DNA from: an uncultured Actinomycetes bacterium
GTDB lineage: Bacteria > Actinomycetota > Thermoleophilia > RBG-16-64-13
DNA length: 64,000 nucleotides
Direction of reading: 5' to 3'
NCBI GenBank assembly: GCA_963706025.1
Contig: CAVPLM010000005.1
Span: 928,001-992,000 of the forward strand
The position numbers and the translations under genes were made by a program. The notes below the pieces were generated by a model. The model was not told where the DNA came from. It made no database searches and saw only the letters and a list, made by a program, of their open reading frames with translations. Position 1 is the stretch's first letter. Each line of letters opens with the position of its first letter. This document shows positions 28,807 through 38,747 of this stretch, piece by piece.

Positions 28807-29740
28807 CAGCGGCCTCCCGCCCTGCCGGCGTTGCTGCGTTCGCCTCGGGCGCCGCCTCCGCCGCGCCCGCCGAGCCCTCCGAACCCTCGGGGTGGCTGTC
28901 GAGAGCGCCCTTCTTGCCCAGGACTATCTCCCCCAGGTACACGTCGATATTGGTCCTGACCGCGAACTCGCGGCTCTCGTACCCGTCGGCCTCGATCGTT
29001 ACGGTGAAGGTCTCGTCGGGCTCGAGCCCCTCGAACTCGAAATCGCCGTAGTTGTCGGCGAACACGGTCAGCGAGACCCCCGGGGCTTCCAGCGTGACTT
29101 CGGCTCCCTCGCCGCATCTGTCGCTGTCCCCGTAGACCACGGCTCCGGCGACGAACCGCTTGGGCAGGCCGATGTAGGTCACCTTGTCTCCCAGCCCATA
29201 CTCCGGATGCAAGGCCTCGGTCCGGCCCGACGCCACCAGCTTTGCCACCTCGCTCTCGGGGTCGTCGAGGTCACCGAAGATCAGGGCTCCAGTCGGGCAC
29301 GCTTCCACGCACCTCGGCTCTTTCCAGCCCCGATCCAGCAAGTGAGCGCAGAAGGTGCATTTTTGCGGGATCCGTCTTGCTTCGTTCCAGTAGATGACCC
29401 GGTAGGGACAACTGTTAACCAGTTGCTTCTGGCCCACGGCTTTTTCCGGATCGATAAGGATGATGCCGTCACCTCGCCGGTAGATGGCTCCGTCCTGGGC
29501 CGACTCGAGACAGGTCGCCTTCTCGCACTGGAGGCAGGGGATGGCCGTGTACGCCACCTTCACCTTGGGGTATTGGCCCCTTTCCTTCTCCACCAAGCGC
29601 ATCCAGTAATGGCCGGTCTGAGGCTGGGAAGCGGAATAGGGGAGGAAGTCATTGCCGCAGTGCTCGTCGCGGCAGGCCAGGAAACAGTTGTAACAGCCGT
29701 TGCATCTGGTGACGTCTACCACCATTCCGTATTTCTTCAT
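28799..29740 (-). CDS. Transhydroxylase-like Fe-S subunit (AthH-like, with C-terminal beta-sandwich)
   Basis: CNGCYNCFLACRDEH, CLQC...C, CPY, CTFCAH...CVEACPT, DNYGDFEFEGL. Confidence 0.88.
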   Translation of the reverse strand: MKKYGMVVDVTRCNGCYNCFLACRDEHCGNDFLPYSASQPQTGHYWMRLVEKERGQYPKVKVAYTAIPCLQCEKATCLESAQDGAIYRRGDGIILIDPEKAVGQKQLVNSCPYRVIYWNEARRIPQKCTFCAHLLDRGWKEPRCVEACPTGALIFGDLDDPESEVAKLVASGRTEALHPEYGLGDKVTYIGLPKRFVAGAVVYGDSDRCGEGAEVTLEAPGVSLTVFADNYGDFEFEGLEPDETFTVTIEADGYESREFAVRTNIDVYLGEIVLGKKGALDSHPEGSEGSAGAAEAAPEANAATPAGREAADG

Positions 29741-29945
29741 GAGCAACTCTTACCCATTCGACCACCCGTCTCGAACACCCTAGCCGCGGATCCGCAGCCA
29801 GCCTATCAGAACGGCTTCCTCGTCGTACCCAGCATGGTGGACCCAACGTCCGGCCGGCGACCGCGCGGACGGCTCGTCGGGATCTTCACGTGCCTGAGGC
29901 ACTCACCGTCCGTATATCCCCGCTTCCTGAAAACCAGACTGGTGG

Positions 29946-31761
29946 CTATTCTCCGATCTTGCCGAGGAGATTCCAGAGCATCTGAGCAACCTCGCCCCGG
30001 CTCGCGTTCTGGCTTTCGCTCCATCCGGACCCAAACCCCGTCAGTCCCGCCATCAGGCCGTTGTACTCAGCGATACGCAGGTTCGCTCCGTGCGGTTCGG
30101 GAACGCCCGCGAAGTAGCTCGGATGGCCCGGGGGCGGGTTCTGAAGCACGCCGGGCGCTTCGCTCACGGCCGCCCTCACGATCATACTCACGACCTGGTC
30201 TCGCCGGATGTAGTTCCAGGGAGCGAAAAGGCTCTGAGCCGGGTTGGTCCCGTTGGTAATGCCGTGGTCATAGGCCACCTGGACGTAGATGTGCGGATAT
30301 CCGAAGGCGTCGGGTGATCCGAGATCGAGAAAGCGCGTCTGGGTGGTTCCGGCCGGAGGAAGTCCCAAGGTGCCAACGATCATCTTGGCGAACTGTGCCC
30401 GCCTCACGGGATTCTGGGGGTCGAAGTACCGCTCGTCGCCGATCACGCGGGATCCGCTCACCACGCCGCCCCGATAGAGACCTTCTATAGCCTCCCGGTA
30501 GGGATGGAGCCAGGGCACGTCCACGAAGATGGGCTTTTCGGCGGTCGCTTTGAGGGCTACCCACAACTGATAGCCCTCCATCCCCCCCAGCCGGTTCCAG
30601 GCGACGCCGTCCGGACCGGCGAGGACGAACTCCTCATCGAACTCGTCGTCCGTCAGACGGACGGTGCTCCCGTCGATGATGTCGTGCGCCCAAACGTCAG
30701 CGACTCCCCCGTCGTCCTGGATCCAGGCGACGATGCCGTCGGAGACCTGAGCCCAATCGATCCGTCCTGGGCCCGCAAGCGTCTGGTCCGAGTCGGTCGA
30801 TAACCGGTGAAGCACGAGGGTGCTCAGTGAGCCCTGCTCAACAGACCACACCACATAGTCGTCATCGACCACCCTCACCATGTAGGGCAAGGGGAAGGAA
30901 CAGTTCTGCCCCGGTGGGGAGATGGCATAGACGGTGGTGGACTGCTCGTACATATCGTGGTAGTACACAGTCGTGGTGCCGTCGGCCGCCGAATGGAGCC
31001 AGACCCAATGACCGTCGCCAACCTGGCACCAGCCGTCGTCCTTGCCCCCATAGTAGTGGTAGGTGACCTCGTCCACCGTGTCGTAGAGATAGACCCAGCG
31101 CCCCTGGTCTCCCTGAGGAGCGTCATGCCAGCAGACGAATCTTCCGTCCGTGCTCACCCAGTCGAAGTCACCGTCGTCCCACGTGTTGCTGGTGAGCTGC
31201 CTGATCTCTTGGCTATCGATCAGGTAGAGGAATACCTCGAGGTCGTTCCCGTCACCTCCAGTCCAAGCTACGCAGTTGCCGGCGATCCGGGGACGTCCCT
31301 CGTCTTCGAGAGTTGTTGGTGAGGCGGGTAGTCTGGTCGGTGGCAAGGTTACGGAGGAAGATCTCGTAGTCACCGTCGGCTTTCGCACTCCAGACGGCGT
31401 ATGAGCCGTCCATGTCGGCCAAGCCGTCCTCGTACTCGTTGAAGGTAAGCTGGTCGACCGAGTCGGCCCCGATGTCGTACACATACAGCTCGGCCTGGGA
31501 ATCTTCGCCCGCGCTGAAAAGCAGGTAGTTTTCAGTCAACTTGTAGGGGAGGATGTAGGACGATTCGAACGGTACCTGAATCACGTTCCAGTCGACGGCG
31601 AGAGCGGGCCGCGGACTCCACGATCCTCCCTGTCCCCCCCAGACGGCCAGCAAGACGCCCGCCAAGACCGCGGCCATCACTAGCACGAGCCGTGTACCGT
31701 GGACTGGACAGCGACCTCCGGTCGCATCCTGATGGTCGACCATATCTCGGGACGGAATCAT
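29946..31761 (-). CDS. Secreted TolB-like repeat protein with C-terminal SLH domains; frameshift near 31310; start uncertain
   Basis: Hydrophobic signal stretch; repeated DGD.EIFL...RLTNN units; FVDV...HPY, RAQFAKMI, RDQVVSMI, SRGEVAQML. Confidence 0.8.
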
Positions 31762-32006
31762 GGAGTGCCCCCTCTCCCCGCGTTCTTTGCGCCGCTCCAC
31801 AACAATAGCTCAAGATCGACTCGACAGCGACCATCGCCGCCTGTCTCCTAGCCAACTCCGGCCCTGTTGATCCCGACGGCTCCCATGTCTTACCCGGGCT
31901 GCTCCCCGGCATTGCGGGCACCGCACCCTTTGCGGTGATTCAGCAGGCACTTGTCCCCACCGTGCTACGCTTGCGCCGTCGACACCCGGCGGAGAGGAGT
32001 GGGTCA

Positions 32007-32402
32007 ATGCGTGTAGACGTCGGTTTCCCGGCCAGCGACGAGATTCAGGCCCGCTCGAAGGGACTGGTGGTAGAGATCGGCCTGCCGCCGGACCGCGGAG
32101 GAGATCCGGAAGCGCTCGGCCCGTTCGATCTTCTGCTCTGTTCTCTTGCTCTGTGCACCGGATACCACGTCCTCGCCTTCTTGGAGGAGCGCGGCATCTC
32201 TCTCGCCGAGGCGGGCCTATGCGTCGAGGCCGAGCGCAGTGCGGATTCCCACCTGCTGGACACGGTGTCCGTCCAGATCAAAGTGCCCGCCGACTTCCCC
32301 GAGAAATACGGCGACGCGATCATGCGGGCGGCAGGCCAGTGCCTCGTAAAGGCCCAGTTGGGACACCAACCCGACTTCAAGATGTCGGTCGTGCCCGCTT
32401 GA
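32007..32402 (+). CDS. OsmC family protein
   Basis: GG....GPFDLLL.SL..C, P.DFP.KY...RAA.QC.VK; GAGGAG SD. Confidence 0.85.
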   Translation: MRVDVGFPASDEIQARSKGLVVEIGLPPDRGGDPEALGPFDLLLCSLALCTGYHVLAFLEERGISLAEAGLCVEAERSADSHLLDTVSVQIKVPADFPEKYGDAIMRAAGQCLVKAQLGHQPDFKMSVVPA

Positions 32403-32574
32403 CGGGATTTCGCAGGGAGACCGACACACACGGTCGCCGCATCAGTCCGGAGCAGTCCACGTGGGATCGGGGCAGGACAGCGGAAGCGGCGGCGTGTGAT
32501 AGGGTTGATCGAGCGAGCTGCATATGCTTCCGCGATTCATCACGCCAGTACGTCCTCCCGGAAAGGAGCATCTG

Positions 32575-33384
32575 ATGGGTGAGCTGAACTACGAGACCAG
32601 ACACAAGTTGAAGCCCCACGATTTCGCCATTCTCGACAAGTTCGACTTCAAGTATGCCCCGGTCGGCTTCAAGTTCTTCAACGTGGAGGCAGATCTGGAG
32701 GGCCTGGATCTGGAACCACTGTCCGGGACCGGGAAGTACGGCGGTGATTCGAAGATGGCGTGGTGCGAGATGCTGCTCGAGGCTCAGATGGGAAAGGCCT
32801 TCTATGCCACGGCGGAACACCAATACTGCGAACCCGGCATCTTCCTGTCGGGCCATGGCGAGTTGGACCCCCTGGCCGCCGGCGGGCGGATCGGCCCTCC
32901 CTTCGACATCTACGCCGACGAGCGTCCGAACAGACGCATCTACAACCACATCACCGTGCTCGCCCCGGGGTCGACGTACGCCACCGGGTTTGCCCCGGTC
33001 GACAAGTTGACCTTCGATCCGGACCTCCTGATCATCACCTGCGACAACATGGATCAGGGCGAACGCGTGCTGCGGGCGACGCAGTGGGACACGGGCGACA
33101 TGATCGAGAGCCACATGACCTATGTGATGGGCTGCAACTGGATGTACACGTATCCGTTCGTGACCGGCAAGATAAACACCGTATGGACGGGCGTCTGCTA
33201 CGGCATGAAGATGTACAAGCTCTATCCGCCGGGACTGCCGATCGTCGTGATCCCCTGGCACCACATCGATAGGATCCTCAGAAACATGAACGAGATGCCC
33301 TGGAGCCTTCCCGGACACACCGACCAGAAAGACGAGGCCTACCAGAAGGGCTACGAACGCCTGGGCGTCAAAGACATCATCTAA
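32575..33384 (+). CDS. DUF169 family protein
   Basis: PVGFKF, WCEM..EA..G..FYA....C..G, FAP......PDL, C.G; AAAGGAG SD. Confidence 0.8.
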   Translation: MGELNYETRHKLKPHDFAILDKFDFKYAPVGFKFFNVEADLEGLDLEPLSGTGKYGGDSKMAWCEMLLEAQMGKAFYATAEHQYCEPGIFLSGHGELDPLAAGGRIGPPFDIYADERPNRRIYNHITVLAPGSTYATGFAPVDKLTFDPDLLIITCDNMDQGERVLRATQWDTGDMIESHMTYVMGCNWMYTYPFVTGKINTVWTGVCYGMKMYKLYPPGLPIVVIPWHHIDRILRNMNEMPWSLPGHTDQKDEAYQKGYERLGVKDII

Positions 33385-33417
33385 AGCGCTGCCACCGGCT
33401 TTCACCCCGATTTGGGC

Positions 33418-34608
33418 CTAGACCACGAACGCCTCCACGGCCTCGTCAATCAACCTCTGCACGTGCCCGTCATCGTCTTCGCGAGTGCGGCCGAGCAGAC
33501 CCTCGCGCCAGCGGGCGGGGAGCGACGCTTCACCGTGGAGCGCCCCCACGGCCGCGCCCACGATTGCGGCCACGGTGTCGTTGTCCCGGGTGTCGTTGAC
33601 GGCACGCACGATCGCTTCCTGCGGATCCCCGCCATGACAGGCCAGGATGTGTAAGACACAGGGCACGGTCTCCAGCAGATAGGCCCCCGAATACCAGCGC
33701 TCGGCTGCAGCCGGGACGCTCTCACCCGCTTCGACGGCCCGGAACACCTGCTGCTCGACCCGGTCGCAGAGGCCGCCTTGGAAAGGATCTCCCGGTACCC
33801 GGGAGCGATAGGGGGCGCCGTCCGCGGGCGATTCCACCGGTCGTGCGTAGCGGAGGAAGGTCTCGGGCCACCACCGGGCGGGGGGATCCTCACCTTCCGG
33901 CCGGGCCATGCACTCCGCCAGCAGTCCCACGAAGCCCACGCTCGCCGCCACGGCGGCCTCGTCTCGGTGGGTCAGGACCGTGGCCGCTACCACGTCCGCC
34001 CACAAAGCCTCGGTCATGCTCCGCAGGTGGGGCAGAAGGACGGGGGCGATGCGCATGAGGGCACCGTTGCCCGCACTGGGCTGTCCGGCCTCGAACCACT
34101 CCTTCCCGCCGAACCGGTAGGCGAAGAGGAAAGCGGTCATGGTGCTCCCGATTCCGAAGATCCGGTGCTGCCGGGTGAAAGTATCGGCGAGATCGGCGGG
34201 GTCGAGGTATCCGCGGCGGAGCAATGACTCCAGCGTCCAGAAGGCGAGTTGGGTGTCGTCGGAAGGGAGTCCGATCGGAAGCATCTCCTCCCGGCGATTG
34301 GGGAGATAGTCACGGACCTCCCCGTGGGCTCGGCGCCTTTCCTCCGGGCTCACGCCCTCGCTGGTGTTGCCAAGGGAATCTCCTACGGCCAGGCCGAGCA
34401 GCATACCCCGGACGCGGTTGCTCAACAGTCCCGCAGGCGATCCTACGCTCGCGGGCGCCGGGCGCGCGGGCGCCCTTTGCCCGGACGCCGGCCCAGCCTG
34501 CCCCGGCGTCGGCCCGGCCCGAGTCGGCGCCGGCGGGACCGGGATCGACCGGCCTACCCAAGGCAGAAGCGCCTGCCACTCTCGATCCGAGTAGTGATAC
34601 GCGGTCAT
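33418..34608 (-). CDS. ADP-ribosylglycohydrolase (DraG/ARH family)
   Basis: GMLLGLAVGDSLG, SDDTQ, GNGALMRIAP, DNDTVAAIVGA. Confidence 0.92.
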   Translation of the reverse strand: MTAYHYSDREWQALLPWVGRSIPVPPAPTRAGPTPGQAGPASGQRAPARPAPASVGSPAGLLSNRVRGMLLGLAVGDSLGNTSEGVSPEERRRAHGEVRDYLPNRREEMLPIGLPSDDTQLAFWTLESLLRRGYLDPADLADTFTRQHRIFGIGSTMTAFLFAYRFGGKEWFEAGQPSAGNGALMRIAPVLLPHLRSMTEALWADVVAATVLTHRDEAAVAASVGFVGLLAECMARPEGEDPPARWWPETFLRYARPVESPADGAPYRSRVPGDPFQGGLCDRVEQQVFRAVEAGESVPAAAERWYSGAYLLETVPCVLHILACHGGDPQEAIVRAVNDTRDNDTVAAIVGAAVGALHGEASLPARWREGLLGRTREDDDGHVQRLIDEAVEAFVV

Positions 34609-34634
34609 GGCGCGCTCGCTATCCATTGGAAGAC

Positions 34635-36269
34635 CTACCCGCCGCGCAGCACCGACCGCGCGCTTCTCGTCCCCGACTCCGCCAGCACCCTCTCCACCTG
34701 CTCCCGATTCTTCCAGAGCGCGCACCCGCCCCCGACATATTGCGACAGCTCCGGCAGGGCGCGCAGACCGGCCAGGAAGGGCGACCGCAGGGCCTCCAAC
34801 AGAGACGTGTCGTTGAGGTTGACGTCGGAGTAAGGAGCGAACGGGCACGGTTCCAGGTCGCCCGAGGCGTTGATGTGGACGAACCCCCTGCCCGAGGAGA
34901 GGCAGCCGCCGACCGCTTGTTCGTCCCAGGGGACGGCGGTGAACAGGGCGGCGTGGCGTTTCCGCAGGGCTTGGATCCGGGACATGACCTGCTGTCGCTG
35001 AGACTCGGTGAGGACCCAGTCGGCGGTGGTCTCGTCTGTGGGCGTGTAGTCCAAGAAGAGGAAGAACCGGCAGCCCTCGCCGACCAGTCCCCGGATATAG
35101 TGCTCGTCCAACACCTGGGAGAAGTTCCGGCTGGTCAGGGTGAGCGAGCACCCGAAGAAGAGTGACTCGTCCTTCAGAGTCCCCATGACCTGCATCAGCC
35201 GGCGGTACGTGCCCGGGCCCCGGCGTTCGTCGGTCTGGCCGGCGGTGCCCTCCAGACTCAACATGGGGACGACGTTCTTGAGTCCCGTCAGTCGATCCAC
35301 CATCCCTTTGTCGACCAGCACCCCGTTCGTCAGTAGGAGGAACAGGACGCGAGGGAACCGAGCCGCGATATCGAGGAACTCGGGCCGCATGAGCGGCTCG
35401 CCGCCTGCCACGACGAAGAACGAGACCCCCAGTTGGTCGGCTTCGGCCACGATCCCGCGGAGACGAGATTCGCTGAGCTCGCCGGGTAGCGCGGCGGCAT
35501 CCAAGCCGGCCGCTCGGTCGGCGGCCGGCGCCTCCGCCCGGTTCTCGAAAGAACGCGCGTAGCACCCCGCACACTCGAGATTGCACTGGTGAGTGATGCT
35601 GAAGATGATGATCGGCGGCACCGGTATGCCCCGCTTCCGCCACTCTTCCCGGGTCTTTGCAGCAGCGGCCTGCCAGCGGACGACGCGCGAGAACTGCCAT
35701 GCCTGCCCCGGCCGGCGGAGCGTGACCCGCATCCCGTTCCAGAAGAAAGCAAGGAGCGTGCGGTCCAGCACCTTCGCGAGACCCGGGCGGCCCCCAAGAC
35801 TCCGCTGGCTCCCAAGGCCCGGTTGGCCCCCAAGACCCGGGCCGGCTTCCGGCACGCGGCCCTCCCCTCCCTCCGTGTGCGCGGTGATGTCCCACTCGCC
35901 CCACCGGCGTACGATCCGCCCGTCCCGGACGTCGATGATCTCGATGCCGGTGATCGGCGTCTTCTTTCCCGTAGGGCCCCGACCCAGGAAGGTCGCGCGA
36001 TTCGTACCTTCGGCGGACCAGCGCACCGCTACCCGCCCTGTGGCCTCGTCGACGACCAGGTCGTCGACCGTGGTCTTCAGATCCGGGAAGACGCGCACCA
36101 GTTCGGCGAGGGCGGCGGCAAAGGCTTCCTTGGTGCTAGGGCGGCCCGCGGCCGAGTGGTCCTCGAAGTCCGGGGAATGAAGCCGGTCGAAGAGGTCCCA
36201 ATCCACAGGCGTGCACCAGAGCGAGATCCACCGCCTGGCCGTACTCTCGAGTTCAGTTCGAAGGGACAA
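34635..36269 (-). CDS. SnoaL-like ester cyclase domain fused in frame to a radical SAM/SPASM domain
   Basis: N-terminal FPDL...VAVRW..GT...F.G..PTGK...DGRIV.RW; then CNLECAGC, GGEPL, TNG and GC...G.LEPCPF. Confidence 0.8.
   Translation of the reverse strand: MSLRTELESTARRWISLWCTPVDWDLFDRLHSPDFEDHSAAGRPSTKEAFAAALAELVRVFPDLKTTVDDLVVDEATGRVAVRWSAEGTNRATFLGRGPTGKKTPITGIEIIDVRDGRIVRRWGEWDITAHTEGGEGRVPEAGPGLGGQPGLGSQRSLGGRPGLAKVLDRTLLAFFWNGMRVTLRRPGQAWQFSRVVRWQAAAAKTREEWRKRGIPVPPIIIFSITHQCNLECAGCYARSFENRAEAPAADRAAGLDAAALPGELSESRLRGIVAEADQLGVSFFVVAGGEPLMRPEFLDIAARFPRVLFLLLTNGVLVDKGMVDRLTGLKNVVPMLSLEGTAGQTDERRGPGTYRRLMQVMGTLKDESLFFGCSLTLTSRNFSQVLDEHYIRGLVGEGCRFFLFLDYTPTDETTADWVLTESQRQQVMSRIQALRKRHAALFTAVPWDEQAVGGCLSSGRGFVHINASGDLEPCPFAPYSDVNLNDTSLLEALRSPFLAGLRALPELSQYVGGGCALWKNREQVERVLAESGTRSARSVLRGG
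35779..35841 (-). repeat. Degenerate 18-bp tandem repeat encoding the PGLGGQ-type linker
   Basis: PGLGGQ-PGLGSQ-RSLGGR-PGL; CCCAAG recurs with an 18-bp period. Confidence 0.7.
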
Positions 36270-36473
36270 GGCGCCTCCTGCGCGGCCGGTTTGGGTCTTC
36301 TCGTCATGCTACTCCCCTTTGGGCCGGCGCGCGGCCCAGGAACTTTGGGGGAGCCCCCGTGGTCGAGCGAAGAACTTCTGCTGAAGCAACTGCGTCAGAG
36401 AGCCGATACAATGGGCGTAGACAAGTCACTCCCAACGCCCAGGGGTGGAACCCGGGCCTACGAAGGAGTCATC

Positions 36474-37514
36474 ATGCGCAGGTTGTCACTGTTGCTTCTC
36501 ACTGTCGGCCTACTCGTCGCATTGGGGGCCGCCGGATGCGGCACGGCCGCCCAGACAGCCGGCGTCTCCCCCGAGGGCTCGTCCGACCTGTCCCCCGAGG
36601 CCATCCTCTCGGCGGCCGTCACAGCCGCTGAGGATATGAGCAGCGCTCAGGGGAGCTACGAGTTCGCGATGTCGTTCGACGTCGACACCAGTCAGTTGCC
36701 CGACGAGGCGCTGGGGATGGTCGGTCAGCCCATGACGGTGGCCGGCACTTTCGCCTACGGTGACGAACCGCAGGCGGTCGAGCTCACACTCTCCATGGAA
36801 CTGGCCGGGGAAGCCATGGATATGGGCATGAAGCTCGTCGACGACAAAGCCTGGCTCCACGTTCTCGACCAGTGGTACGAGGCACCCGCCGAGATGACGG
36901 CATTCATGGGTGACCCGGCCGCGCAGGAGACCCAAGCGGCCGAGGTCCGGCAGATGCTGACCGATGCGGGGATCGATCCGATGACCTGGATGAAGGACCT
37001 GCGTCTGGTCGGGGAGGAGACGCTCGACGGCGTCGCCGTCTACCACCTGGCAGCCTCGCCGGACATGGCCAAGATCATGACCGACCTCGTCACCTTGATG
37101 CAGAGCGAGCAGTTCACGAAACTGCTCGATCCGACCGGGTCTGCGGGTGGCATGACGGGCGCCGGGGAGTTCATGCCGGGGACCGAAGAGCTCGAGGAGA
37201 TGCAGACGCAGCTGGCCTCGATGTTCCAAAACCTGACGGCCGACCTCTGGATAGCCAAGGAAGACTCCATGCTCCGCAAGGCCGCCATCGCCGCGCGCAT
37301 GGTACCTCCGGCGGGCGAGGACGCTGAAGGTCTCAACGCGATCGACATCGGGGCGACTATCGTCCTGCAGACGGCGAACCAGCCTGTGACAGTGGAACCA
37401 CCCGCTTCCGCACTTCCCTGGTCTGAATTCGAGAAGGCCATGCAGGAGAACCCGGGTATGTTCATGGGCCCGTTCATGGGAGCGATGGGAGGCACCGCGA
37501 CCGGGACCTACTAA
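36474..37514 (+). CDS. Lipoprotein (LppX/LprAFG- or DUF6612-like, tentative)
   Basis: AAGGAG SD, lipobox AAGC; ETLDGV.VYHL, LWI.KE...RK, NQPVTVEPP. Confidence 0.65.
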   Translation: MRRLSLLLLTVGLLVALGAAGCGTAAQTAGVSPEGSSDLSPEAILSAAVTAAEDMSSAQGSYEFAMSFDVDTSQLPDEALGMVGQPMTVAGTFAYGDEPQAVELTLSMELAGEAMDMGMKLVDDKAWLHVLDQWYEAPAEMTAFMGDPAAQETQAAEVRQMLTDAGIDPMTWMKDLRLVGEETLDGVAVYHLAASPDMAKIMTDLVTLMQSEQFTKLLDPTGSAGGMTGAGEFMPGTEELEEMQTQLASMFQNLTADLWIAKEDSMLRKAAIAARMVPPAGEDAEGLNAIDIGATIVLQTANQPVTVEPPASALPWSEFEKAMQENPGMFMGPFMGAMGGTATGTY

Positions 37515-37544
37515 GGACGCACTTCGACTGAGCGCCGCGTTCTT

Positions 37545-37575
37545 AAGCGGCCACGGTCCCCGACCGTGGCCGCTT
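37545..37575. terminator. Intrinsic terminator between convergent genes
   Basis: AAGCGGCCACGGTC-CCC-GACCGTGGCCGCTT, 14-bp perfect stem. Confidence 0.75.
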
Positions 37576-37615
37576 CTTCGTGCGCCGCAGCCGCGGGAGT
37601 AGACGCAAGGGGCGC

Positions 37616-37660
37616 GGAGACTACCGGAGCGGGGAGACTACCTGAGCGGGGAGGCTACCG
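37616..37660. repeat. 17-bp tandem repeat (about 2.6 copies) covering a stop codon
   Basis: GGAGACTACCGGAGCGG / GGAGACTACCTGAGCGG / GGAGGCTACCG. Confidence 0.75.
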
Positions 37661-38497
37661 TAGGAGCCTCACGCCCTGCTCGATCAGCGCTCTCACGTCC
37701 TCCAAGCTCTGCTGGTTCACCCGTATGACGCCTCGGAAGGGTCTGTCGAAATCGAGGATGACGAACATCACCGCGGTTACAACGAAGGTGATCACCACCT
37801 CGGCAACCAGCGACCGCCCCCCGCTCAACCCGGAGGTATATCCCATGACCCCCAGCATCGCGAACGTGACCACGAAGATCACGTACAACACCGGCTCGGG
37901 CACGTGGTTGCGCAGCCCGGCTTCGCGCCGACCGGCCGAGTCGATCATCTCGTTGAGCGACTGCAGATAAAGACCGTAGGTCACGGCCCGCTGATCCAGT
38001 TCTGCCGCGGACACGCCCAGGGACCAGAGTTGCTGCTGCAGGCTTGTCGCCCTCTCCTGGAAGTTGGAAGCCTCGCTGAGATATCGCTCCGGACTGGCCA
38101 ACTGGAGGCGGACGTCGACGTATTCCGCGAAAGCTCGGACCGAAAGGGTCCGCTGCGGTTCCGGGAGCAGGTCCGTCCGTAGATAGGCGGTGCCGACGGC
38201 GTTGGCCTCATCGACCACAGCCAACTTCCTGGTTTCGAAACGGCTGACCGACATCGAGAGGGTAAAGGCGAGCAGAAGGCCGAGGAGGGCCGCGATCGCC
38301 GCCTGAGCCGCACCCAGGTGGTCCTTCTTGTACTTGGCCCGGGCGGCGCTTTCGCTGTCGCCCCTGGAGTCTCTCTTCGCGGCGGCGTGTCGCTTACCCA
38401 GTTGGTATCCGCCCTCGGCCACGAGGAAGCAGACCACGAAGATGACAACGGCGATGATCCAGCCCGGTACTCTGAAAAGGAAGGTGTAGCTCTCCAT
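37655..38497 (-). CDS. DUF4239 / bestrophin-like membrane protein
   Basis: LLGLLLAFT.S....RF..RK..V.DEANA.GTAYLR, ILDFDRPF.G.I.V. Confidence 0.8.
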   Translation of the reverse strand: MESYTFLFRVPGWIIAVVIFVVCFLVAEGGYQLGKRHAAAKRDSRGDSESAARAKYKKDHLGAAQAAIAALLGLLLAFTLSMSVSRFETRKLAVVDEANAVGTAYLRTDLLPEPQRTLSVRAFAEYVDVRLQLASPERYLSEASNFQERATSLQQQLWSLGVSAAELDQRAVTYGLYLQSLNEMIDSAGRREAGLRNHVPEPVLYVIFVVTFAMLGVMGYTSGLSGGRSLVAEVVITFVVTAVMFVILDFDRPFRGVIRVNQQSLEDVRALIEQGVRLLR

Positions 38498-38747
38498 CCC
38501 GGACAGTGTACTTGAGGACGGACGAAGCCCGCAACGGCCTGCGCTTTCCGCCAAGGAATCTCCGGCCGCGGCGGCCTTCGGTCAGCGGCATTTTGGGCCC
38601 CGAGGCCCCTCCGGCCGGGGGAGCCGGCGATCGCAGGCGTTTCTGCCGCGAAAACTGCCGATTGCGGGGGCCCTCCGCTCATGGGAACTCCCTGAGCGCC
38701 CGTGTTGTCCTAGGGACAGGACTTGGGTTCTCGGCTGGTGGGGGTGC

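Noticed and set aside
28640-30259. 539-aa plus-strand ORF
   Set aside because: Antisense shadow of athH and the SLH gene, typical of GC-rich DNA.
34609-35904. N-terminal 430 aa of the 828-aa ORF
   Set aside because: Out-of-frame overlap with the radical SAM gene; only 33418-34608 has ARH motifs.
35589-36473. N-terminal extension of the 641-aa ORF
   Set aside because: Antisense to SnoaL-rSAM; the real start with SD and signal peptide is at 36474.
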